From IMG/VR virus record IMGVR_UViG_3300045988_125828, positions 1-64,000 of that record: 64,000 bases of DNA. One strand, written 5' to 3'. Of the stretch, positions 17,314 through 25,191 are shown piece by piece. The position numbers were made by a program, and so were the translations under genes. A model generated the notes under the pieces. The model was given only the letters and a program-made list of their open reading frames with translations, ran no database searches and was not told the DNA's origin. The DNA comes from a virus. Position 1 is the stretch's first letter. Every line of letters starts with the position of its first letter.

Positions 17314-20300
17314 TATGCTGCCCTCCTTTCCAGTTCGCTAACGCGGTTCTTTAGTTCTTCATTCTCACGTTTTAATCTCTCTATCTCTGTTTCGTGTCTG
17401 CCAAAATCCTCTATCAAAAATCTTTGGAAATGCTTTGCCATAGACAGTACACATGTAGTTGCAAGCACATCATAACTCATTGTGAAGAAGCCCTCATTGT
17501 CTGTGTCTGTCACCTGTGGAAGAAATACGTTCCAATACTGGGCGCTCGTTCCTGCTCTGACCTTGCATTTTTCATCCGTCTTGAAAGTGTAATCGAAAAG
17601 GTCAGCGTTTGCCATTACGTCAAGAGGTACGATGATGCTGTTCAGGACGTTCTTCTTTCTTAAGTCGGAGTACATTGTTATTCCGCCAGTGGTAAGGAAA
17701 TTGCCGTACAATTGCCATGTCTGACCGCCCCAGTCATGCCATTCTCCAGTAGAATCACAAGGCCCTAAGCGAACCAAGCTGTCACTTCCGCCTGAGCCAA
17801 TTCCTGCCATATAACTGCCGGGCTTGTCAAACGAAAAGGCAGCGGCGTTATTATTGGTAGTGTATCTATATCCGAAAATTGTCCCGTTACATTGAAAATG
17901 TTTATTATTATACACCTTTACCCAAGTGCTATCTGTCATGTGTATACCGCCGTCGTAGGATTCGTTATACCAGCCCTGATTACCGTTTGTTCTAAGCCAA
18001 CCATTTGATGCTAAAATATCTCCAGCTACATGAAGCTTACGACTTGGCGATGTAGTGCCTATGCCGACGTTGCCGCCACCCATACAGCAAATTAAGTTGT
18101 TAGGAGAAACATGCTGCAAATACAGAACACTGTTATAATTATTTATCTCACTACCTCTTCCGCTATCATTTCCGTTGTTATCTGTCTCAATGCAGATATT
18201 AGCAAATTTAGCTCCTCCTGTTACATTGCTTGTACCGTCAAAAGGCTTGCTGAATATTGTGCGAGGGGTTACAAGCCTAGTTGCCGAAGCTACATTATCA
18301 CTAATACAAGCTAATGTCTTTTGCCAATAATTATTCTCAGTTGTACCAAAAATAATCGGGTTACTGCCTAACGGAAAGTATACACCTGTTGAGTATCCTG
18401 GATATCCTTCTTCATTTATTCCACTATTACAATACACTTGTATCTGCATATTACCTAATGTATTAGGATGTCCGACTCCAATAAATAAAGAGTCATCAGC
18501 CCCAGTATTAACATTATTATAACACCAGCCTAATACCTTTCTTAAATAGACGTTAGCATCAGTAGAACCAAATTCATTGTAATCAGGGAAGCCAATTTGA
18601 CGCATCACTCTATCTCCTACATTACCAAGATGTTTACCGTCCAACAAATCCGCATCCATCCCTGAACCTGAACCATCGTTGCCGGCATCCCATATCTTAT
18701 TACCAAGTCTTGTTAATGTGCCGTCTTTCGCAACGTTAAACAAAGCTCCAAGACTTATATCATCCTCATTTAGCACTCTGAATACAGAACCATTATCACC
18801 TGCACCGAATGCTGTAACACAATCATTTGTTATGGCTAATCCTCCAAAGTCACTGGGCACGTCATATCCGTTAGTCTGTATGTATAGAGCCTTAGTGTTG
18901 TTAGCAGCACTAATATCGTGCATAACAATACCACTAATAGTAGCATCTCTATAACCTATGATATAAGCTGCACCTGAATTAGCAGAAGACCTACCATAAA
19001 TATCAGAATCATTTGACATTAGCAATGTCCCCGTCATCGTATCCCCTGCCTTGTTGACGTAGCGGTTATCCAGTTCGCCTGCGTAATTGCCTATGTGGAG
19101 AATGGTATTACTATCAATGGCCCAACGGTCACCATAGTAACCAAATTTAGACAGCGAGTTACCCGTCTTATTTCTAACGTCTATGATAGCAAAATTTTCA
19201 TCATCTAATGATTTAAAAGCTAACATAGTATCGAATGCGGTTGATATATATACAGTAGTTGCAAATTCCTTAATCCCGTATATCTCTTGAGCAGTGTCAA
19301 TTGTTACCGCATCCGTAATCCCATATCCCCCCAGCGTAGTAGGATGAGAGGACAACTCACTGAACGAATAACTCGGCTTGTTCGGCTGCTTGGCCCAAGA
19401 ATACACGTCACTTGCTGGCAATGTGGTGGGGTAATTAGGCAATGTAATAAGCTTTGTTTCCTCGTTCGGGGAATATGTTGTGCCGTTAAGGATAATCCCG
19501 TCTACCGAACCACCTCCAACACCGCCTATTACGCTTAATACACCACCCTCTTTGGATAATGTGGTTTCATCTATCGGAAGCGCGTCAAGAATGGTTGATG
19601 CCGTATGACTGCCTTGTGCAAACATGGTAAGACTACCTGTCAAAATCAAATCACCGTCTAACTCAACCACTCCGTCAGAATGCTTCTTCACAAGTATATC
19701 ACCGATATTCAAGCCGTTTATGAACGACTTGATACCTGTAATGTCCTGTGCACCCGATTTGGTTACGTAATCGGCTAATAGCCCGGATATGTCGTTTTTG
19801 GTGTATGCGTCTGTGATGCCATAGCCCGCAAGGGTGGTAGGCTTATTCTGTATCTCACTGAAATTATAGGTCGGTTTGGTGGCGCCTATCCATGAGGGTT
19901 TGTCCGAAACATTCTCCCAATTGGTAGGGAACACTGACGGTTTACCGCCAATTTCATCCCATGAGTAAGAGGGCTTTGTACTACCTATCCAGCTGGGTTT
20001 TCCTGATATGTTGCCCCATTCAAGCGAAGTCGGATAATTAGGCAAGGTGATTATTCCGTCCTCATTAGGAGTGTAAGTATTACCGTTAACCACTATACCA
20101 TTGGCAGTACCCTTTCCACCTGTTGCGACAAGCTTTCCGTCAACCCACTGTATTGTCACACCGTCTATTGGGAGACCTTCGTAGATTGAAGGTACTTGAA
20201 CGTCTGCGCCTGCGTACATGGTTACTCCGTAGGCGGTAATCAACGGTTTGGTTAAGAACAAGTATTCCTTTCCGTTATCGTCAACCCTCTCTTCAAGATT

Positions 20301-21935
20301 TCTGTCCCAAACTACTTTGTCGAGCTTCTTTCTATATTGTTTGCTTAGTTCGCTTTGTGATGAAAACTTATTATTTACAGATGTTTCAATCTCGCTAATC
20401 TGTCCTTGTATTCTTTCAAGGGTGCTTGCGCTTGGCTTATTGTTTAGTGTTACTTCAAATGTTGGTATTAGTCCCTCGCCCTCTTTTATAGAGAGAGACT
20501 GTATTATCACGTTCTCATGGTCTATCCCCATTTCGGGATCATTCACAGTAAGCCGCTTACCTTCCATTATTTCATTATAGAAGTTAGCGTTTCTTGCCAT
20601 GAAAATTTCGTCAACGCCTATGTTGTAAGAGTAGTTTGTACTACTGTATTTGGCAAGATACTCTTTAGCCCTTTCCAATAACCTGTTTTCGGCAGCACGA
20701 ATATATTCTTGTGGCATAAGTATGTTCAGAAGAACAAACTTGTCCCCAGCTTTCATATTCCAGTCCTTGTTAGGAACGGTGAAATTATCTGTATCCGCTT
20801 CTTCAAGGGTGTTTCTTCCAAGAGTAAGCGTATAGCTACCGTCCGAAGCTCTGACTATTTTTGTGATAGTAAAGGCATATCCCTGCAATGCACCACTCTT
20901 CATAGAGAGTTGCGCTTCGTCAGTTGTAAGGCTTTCGTTTAAGTCAAATCCCAAGTCATAAAGCTGTACCGTAAAAGTGGGTTGCGTTTCACTTGTTATT
21001 GCGTCAACACTCTTTATCTCGTCAATAGCCTGTCCAGCAGAGTTCTTCATCCCTGTGATAGAGGGATAAATATCGTCATAGGTCATCACGCCCTCGCGAA
21101 TCCCGTATTTGGCTATTGCCTCTTCCGAAGCCAGCACAAAGTCGGTAACTCCGTCAGTCTTAAAACTTGGCAGCATAAGACGAAGAGGAGATAAGGCGTA
21201 GTTGGCGGGGAGAACACTGTCAGTCCATTCAGGCTTTTTCGGATAACTGTAATCAAGGTTTCTTGTACCGCCATAGGCTCGTAACTTAGTTACAATTCCT
21301 GTGTCTGCATCAGATATTCGTTCAATCTCATATAATCCCTTACCTTTGCCGTATTCAAAAACATTATTCACTACCGGTTCCGCACCGCCAATGGTAACGC
21401 TTCTTCCTTTTACGAAATAATTCAGCTTGTATTCTGTGTTTACAAGAGAAAGAGCGCTCCAGCAGTTTTGGTTACTCATGGAGATGTTCTTTTCCTCGCT
21501 GTCTACGCCATCTGCAAGGGTTATGCTCCATATATCTTTCCCGTACATGGCGTCCAAGCATGCCTGTATTCTTTCTGCAAGATACTTGACCGTTCCGGTA
21601 AACTCAACAACTAAAGGAGTAGGGTAGACTATTCCGTTGTCGCTGGGAACAATATTACGCATCATGCACCTTTCAAGTTCGTATTTCAGAGAAACGAAAT
21701 TAAGGTCATAACTGTATTGATGCTTTGATATTTTCTTTACCGTAGGAAGAAGTTCCAGTTCAAACCGTTCTCCTCTATAATCTATGTAATCAAATATTTC
21801 GAAGTTGATTTTGGCATCAGATATAAAAGTCGATGTGCATGCGCGTTCCGCCATGAAAACCCCGGTGTACTCCAGCTTATCCAGTACACATCTGACTGTT
21901 TGTCCGTCCTTGCTATATACCGTAAACCGTCCCAT
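17313..21935 (-). CDS. large tail tip/fibre protein (1540 aa) with C-terminal S74 intramolecular chaperone domain
   Basis: Internal repeats ...KPSYSxxEI...TLxGYGITDA. C-terminal MYSDLRKKNV (S-D-x-R-x-K) followed by a coiled coil. Positioned after the tape measure and tail-tip genes. Confidence 0.7.
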   Translation of the reverse strand: MGRFTVYSKDGQTVRCVLDKLEYTGVFMAERACTSTFISDAKINFEIFDYIDYRGERFELELLPTVKKISKHQYSYDLNFVSLKYELERCMMRNIVPSDNGIVYPTPLVVEFTGTVKYLAERIQACLDAMYGKDIWSITLADGVDSEEKNISMSNQNCWSALSLVNTEYKLNYFVKGRSVTIGGAEPVVNNVFEYGKGKGLYEIERISDADTGIVTKLRAYGGTRNLDYSYPKKPEWTDSVLPANYALSPLRLMLPSFKTDGVTDFVLASEEAIAKYGIREGVMTYDDIYPSITGMKNSAGQAIDEIKSVDAITSETQPTFTVQLYDLGFDLNESLTTDEAQLSMKSGALQGYAFTITKIVRASDGSYTLTLGRNTLEEADTDNFTVPNKDWNMKAGDKFVLLNILMPQEYIRAAENRLLERAKEYLAKYSSTNYSYNIGVDEIFMARNANFYNEIMEGKRLTVNDPEMGIDHENVIIQSLSIKEGEGLIPTFEVTLNNKPSASTLERIQGQISEIETSVNNKFSSQSELSKQYRKKLDKVVWDRNLEERVDDNGKEYLFLTKPLITAYGVTMYAGADVQVPSIYEGLPIDGVTIQWVDGKLVATGGKGTANGIVVNGNTYTPNEDGIITLPNYPTSLEWGNISGKPSWIGSTKPSYSWDEIGGKPSVFPTNWENVSDKPSWIGATKPTYNFSEIQNKPTTLAGYGITDAYTKNDISGLLADYVTKSGAQDITGIKSFINGLNIGDILVKKHSDGVVELDGDLILTGSLTMFAQGSHTASTILDALPIDETTLSKEGGVLSVIGGVGGGSVDGIILNGTTYSPNEETKLITLPNYPTTLPASDVYSWAKQPNKPSYSFSELSSHPTTLGGYGITDAVTIDTAQEIYGIKEFATTVYISTAFDTMLAFKSLDDENFAIIDVRNKTGNSLSKFGYYGDRWAIDSNTILHIGNYAGELDNRYVNKAGDTMTGTLLMSNDSDIYGRSSANSGAAYIIGYRDATISGIVMHDISAANNTKALYIQTNGYDVPSDFGGLAITNDCVTAFGAGDNGSVFRVLNEDDISLGALFNVAKDGTLTRLGNKIWDAGNDGSGSGMDADLLDGKHLGNVGDRVMRQIGFPDYNEFGSTDANVYLRKVLGWCYNNVNTGADDSLFIGVGHPNTLGNMQIQVYCNSGINEEGYPGYSTGVYFPLGSNPIIFGTTENNYWQKTLACISDNVASATRLVTPRTIFSKPFDGTSNVTGGAKFANICIETDNNGNDSGRGSEINNYNSVLYLQHVSPNNLICCMGGGNVGIGTTSPSRKLHVAGDILASNGWLRTNGNQGWYNESYDGGIHMTDSTWVKVYNNKHFQCNGTIFGYRYTTNNNAAAFSFDKPGSYMAGIGSGGSDSLVRLGPCDSTGEWHDWGGQTWQLYGNFLTTGGITMYSDLRKKNVLNSIIVPLDVMANADLFDYTFKTDEKCKVRAGTSAQYWNVFLPQVTDTDNEGFFTMSYDVLATTCVLSMAKHFQRFLIEDFGRHETEIERLKRENEELKNRVSELERRAA

Positions 21936-22405
21936 TAGATCGAAAGTGTTATTGGTGTTTGAGGGTCAGTAACCCGGAATGTAACACTGAACGTCAACAC
22001 ATCTCCCTCGTCAGTCTTGCGAACGAAAAGATCCGGTTCTACGGATTTGTAGTAGACACTCTGCCTGCCTATCTTGGTGTAGGTATCGTAAACCTTAAGC
22101 TCTGCACCGGAATTGTCTTTGCCGGAAAGGTAATCCAAGAAGCCAATCACCTTTTCATTAGCTGTATCCATTTCTCCCTTGTATGCAAATTCCACGTCAA
22201 GATCATAGGCTTGCATGTAAAGTTTATCAGGGATAAATGTATCCTCTCCGTCCTCGTCTTTCCAGTCTCTCTTCGGCAGCTCTTTAGTTTCTCCGTAAAC
22301 AGCAAACGGAAAGTCCTTGCACACAACTCCCCATTGGGACTTTGTATCAATAACAGGACTTCCCGGCTTACTCTTTTGAAAATAGATACTGTAAAGCTTT
22401 GCCAT
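21935..22405 (-). CDS. tail tip / distal tail protein-like (by position)
   Basis: 156-aa ORF directly upstream of, and overlapping, the 1540-aa tail protein. Confidence 0.45.
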   Translation of the reverse strand: MAKLYSIYFQKSKPGSPVIDTKSQWGVVCKDFPFAVYGETKELPKRDWKDEDGEDTFIPDKLYMQAYDLDVEFAYKGEMDTANEKVIGFLDYLSGKDNSGAELKVYDTYTKIGRQSVYYKSVEPDLFVRKTDEGDVLTFSVTFRVTDPQTPITLSI

Positions 22406-22428
22406 GTGTTATCTTGAGTTTGTGTTGT

Positions 22429-22483
22429 AAAAAAACAAAAAGAGCCAACTAACGGGAATACCGTTAATCAGCTCTTTGGCTTG
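22429..22483 (-). terminator. conserved leader hairpin + T-run, copy 1 (upstream of tail-tip operon)
   Basis: Minus strand reads CAAGCCAAAGAGCT-GATTAACGGTATTCCCGTTAGTT-GGCTCTTTTTGTTTTTTT. Near-identical architecture to 36215-36265. Confidence 0.55.
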
Positions 22484-22496
22484 TTCAATGTTGATG

Positions 22497-22551
22497 CAAA
22501 TATATAGAATATATTCTAAATAATCAATACAAAAACATAGAAAATAGATGA
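22497..22551 (-). promoter_or_regulatory. late promoter (-7 TATATTTG on minus strand) with adjacent TAGAATATATTCTA palindrome and TAGAAAATAGATGA motif
   Basis: CAAATATA at 22497-22504 (+ coordinates), palindrome at 22505-22518, motif at 22538-22551. Confidence 0.5.
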
Positions 22552-22673
22552 TTTTTCTCAAGTGATTCGGATAATAAAAGGGTGGATGTGTTTTATAACA
22601 TACTGTGTATTACAACAACGTGGGTTAATTATAACGACCTTTGTATTATTATATACATATAAAACATACTAAT

Positions 22674-23255
22674 ATGAAAAAGATTTTATTATTAATGGTA
22701 ATCGTATTGCCGATGTCGATGTATTCACAAGACGTGGATAATCAATCTTCAAAAGAGAAAACCAAAATGGAGCAATTTATATCTGACACAGGCATGTCAA
22801 TTAAACTTATTGACACAGTAGTGGATGGGCTGGTGGGTAATTACATGTTTACATCCTACAAATCTGAGAATTGCGTCAGAGAAGTTGTAAAAGGAAATGA
22901 ATCGAAGTATTTTTACAGAATAGAACGCAAAGCTAAAGACGGAGATGGGGGATGTGCTTTTATAGAATATGAAGACTTAAAGGAAATAATAAACGCTATT
23001 AAGTCTATGAGAGATGATATTAAAACTGACGTTTTAAAAGAAGCGGACTATTTGGAGAATAAATTCATGACCGATGATTATTTCGTAGTAGGATATTATG
23101 TTAAAAAGAAAAAGGTGACATGGTTTATTAGATTGGAGAAGTATGGCTCTAATAAGTATTTGTATTTCAACGATAAGGGAGAAGACGGAGGCGATTACAT
23201 CCTTAGCAATTTTGAAAAAGCGTGTTCTGTTATTGAAGGGATGATTAATAAATAA
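22674..23255 (+). CDS. secreted protein (moron), signal peptide
   Basis: MKKILLLMVIVLPMSMYSQD signal-like N-terminus. Opposite strand to the flanking tail genes. Confidence 0.65.
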   Translation: MKKILLLMVIVLPMSMYSQDVDNQSSKEKTKMEQFISDTGMSIKLIDTVVDGLVGNYMFTSYKSENCVREVVKGNESKYFYRIERKAKDGDGGCAFIEYEDLKEIINAIKSMRDDIKTDVLKEADYLENKFMTDDYFVVGYYVKKKKVTWFIRLEKYGSNKYLYFNDKGEDGGDYILSNFEKACSVIEGMINK

Positions 23256-23305
23256 GACAAAGCAACAAGTATTTTCCTTCATAATTAATTAATAATACAT
23301 AAATC

Positions 23306-23980
23306 ATGAAAAAAATATTGTTTATGACGGCTTGGGTGGCCTTATACCTAATTTCGTTTGCTTCTTGTTCTTCTGACAATGAAGAAAATCTACAAAATCT
23401 TAATTCTTCAAATTTAATCGGGGTATGGGAGAGCGGTGATTATTTTATATCTTTTAATAAAGATGGATTTTATGCGGCTTATTTGGATGAAAAGTTTATT
23501 GATTCAGGGGCATATACGATAAATAAGAATAGTGTACTATGCGTAAATCCTTATAAGGTAAGTAAGACTAATTACAGTATGAGTCTTGCAAACGAGGAAT
23601 TAACAGCGGATATTTCATATACAGGCGTAAATGGTATCTCGCTAAATAAAAAAATTATTTTTTCAAAATCAAAAAAAGCTGTTGTAGATAAAAGTAATCC
23701 AGTCATAAGCAAAGAGTTTGTTCATATAAATGCTCCTTACGGGTTTTGTACAACAAGGTTTGATACTTATAATACAGCCACATATTCTACGGATGAGTTT
23801 AAACCAAGAATACAAAACTGGTTTTATTTCTTTTTTAATTCTAAGATATATGTCCAGAAATTTAAACCGGAAACGGCAGGAGTTAGCTTGTTTTATGAAG
23901 GATGTGACACAGGGGATGTTTTTATATACAATGTTACATTTGATTCAGATGGACAGATAGAAAATATTGATATTTTATAA
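23306..23980 (+). CDS. lipoprotein (moron)
   Basis: MKKILFMTAWVALYLISFASCSSDNEE: lipobox FASC. Confidence 0.7.
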   Translation: MKKILFMTAWVALYLISFASCSSDNEENLQNLNSSNLIGVWESGDYFISFNKDGFYAAYLDEKFIDSGAYTINKNSVLCVNPYKVSKTNYSMSLANEELTADISYTGVNGISLNKKIIFSKSKKAVVDKSNPVISKEFVHINAPYGFCTTRFDTYNTATYSTDEFKPRIQNWFYFFFNSKIYVQKFKPETAGVSLFYEGCDTGDVFIYNVTFDSDGQIENIDIL

Positions 23981-24031
23981 AGTGTACTTTCTGAAGCAAT
24001 TGCGTTCTTATGCAATTCACACCATAATCAG

Positions 24032-24062
24032 GGCAAGCGGAGGAAACTCCGCTTTTCTTGCC
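24032..24062 (+). terminator. intrinsic terminator after the lipoprotein gene
   Basis: GGCAAGCGGAG-GAAA-CTCCGCTT(TT)CTTGCC. Confidence 0.6.
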
Positions 24063-24071
24063 TTACATATT

Positions 24072-24159
24072 TTCGTTCTATCTTTCTAAAATTACTATTG
24101 TTAAAAAACTGATTTATTGGTTATTTATTTGCTTATTCGTTCTATCTTTCTTATATTTG
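24072..24159 (+). promoter_or_regulatory. 16-bp direct repeat TTCGTTCTATCTTTCT (x2) plus -7 box TATATTTG
   Basis: Repeat copies at 24072-24087 and 24136-24151. TATATTTG at 24152-24159, 20 nt before ATG 24179. Confidence 0.5.
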
Positions 24160-24178
24160 CATATCAAATAGCGCTATA

Positions 24179-24427
24179 ATGAGTAATTGGAGCGAAAAAC
24201 AAGAAGCGAAGAAAGAGGGCAAGGAAAAGGATAAGGTAAGGCGTGAAAAACTTGCAGGATTCTTTTTTAATTTGGCGCAAGTTTCTTTCACTGTATTATC
24301 TTTGGGATTGGCAATAACCCTTGTGAAAGAAGAACTTTATGATAACATTTTATTAATTGTTCTTGTTTCTATGGGAATTATACTTACGGTATTATTTGCA
24401 AAAATAGGTAATAACATTTTAAGATAA
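24179..24427 (+). CDS. small membrane protein (82 aa, 2 TM segments, Lys/Glu-rich N-terminus)
   Basis: Track ORF with GFFFNLAQVSFTVLSLGLAITLV and ILLIVLVSMGIILTVLFA. Confidence 0.6.
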   Translation: MSNWSEKQEAKKEGKEKDKVRREKLAGFFFNLAQVSFTVLSLGLAITLVKEELYDNILLIVLVSMGIILTVLFAKIGNNILR

Positions 24428-24432
24428 ATATT

Positions 24433-24534
24433 ATGGTTGCATTATATGGGTTTGGGCTTATAACAGTAATAACTGTTGCCTTTTGGATTTATACAGAAAC
24501 TCCCTCCGGTAAAAAGTGGATAAAAGGGTTGTGA
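24433..24534 (+). CDS. 33-aa single-TM peptide (paralog A)
   Basis: MVALYGFGLITVITVAFWIYTETPSGKKWIKGL. Shares the (S)GKKW(I/L)xxL tail with the next ORF. Confidence 0.4.
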   Translation: MVALYGFGLITVITVAFWIYTETPSGKKWIKGL

Positions 24535-24538
24535 TTAT

Positions 24539-24643
24539 ATGGATGGATTGACAATATTATTTATATTTACGAGTATAATAGGGGGAGGTTTTGCACTTTG
24601 GCTTAAAACCAAGTCAGGCAAGAAGTGGCTTGCAAGCTTATAA
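24539..24643 (+). CDS. 34-aa single-TM peptide (paralog B)
   Basis: MDGLTILFIFTSIIGGGFALWLKTKSGKKWLASL. Confidence 0.4.
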   Translation: MDGLTILFIFTSIIGGGFALWLKTKSGKKWLASL

Positions 24644-24671
24644 ATTGACTATTATTTAGATAAAACAATAA

Positions 24672-24697
24672 AGCCAGACACTACATCTGGCTTTTTC
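24672..24697. terminator. hairpin + T-run at the convergent junction
   Basis: AGCCAGA-cactaca-TCTGGCT followed by TTTTT. Confidence 0.5.
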
Positions 24698-25187
24698 TTT
24701 GCAATACATCTCCCTCGGTTTCTACTACACAGTCCTCTCCATGAATATATACATATACAGATGCTATTCCTTTTTGAATTACGTTTACCTTTGCCCGGTC
24801 ATACACGTTAATGAATATCTTGCAATACTGAGAACAGTCAATAGTCACTTCGCTATCATGACGGACATACAAATCACATATAGAGAAACCGTCAAATAGG
24901 AGAGTACCTTTACAGCTTCCGTTCAGTACGGCTGTGTGGCTCATATTTCGCTTTTGTACATCTTCATCAACAAAAATGTTGTTTTTGTGAAGAATATCCC
25001 TATCGAAGTTTTCCTTTATGAAAGTATTGGTAGGGTACCCTTTGTCTATACAGAAATCAATCCCATGCAAATACTTGTCAATTAACGCTTGTTGATCGGG
25101 AGAACCCCATTGTTCCGTCCATTCCGTACATAATCCCAGCGATACCGCTTGGTTGAGTAATGTTCTGCTTAAATCCTTGTCGTTCAT
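24681..25187 (-). CDS. tail protein following the tape measure (possible distal tail protein)
   Basis: 168-aa ORF starting 4 nt after the tape measure stop. Confidence 0.45.
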   Translation of the reverse strand: MNDKDLSRTLLNQAVSLGLCTEWTEQWGSPDQQALIDKYLHGIDFCIDKGYPTNTFIKENFDRDILHKNNIFVDEDVQKRNMSHTAVLNGSCKGTLLFDGFSICDLYVRHDSEVTIDCSQYCKIFINVYDRAKVNVIQKGIASVYVYIHGEDCVVETEGDVLQRKSQM

Positions 25188-25191
25188 AATT

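Noticed and set aside
13348-21935. Diversity-generating retroelement or invertible shufflon acting on the fibre genes
   Set aside because: There is no reverse transcriptase ORF anywhere in the window. I noticed no TR/VR-like near-repeat of a fibre 3' end. The two fibre paralogs are on the same strand without flanking inverted repeats. The only recombinases are 30 kb away.
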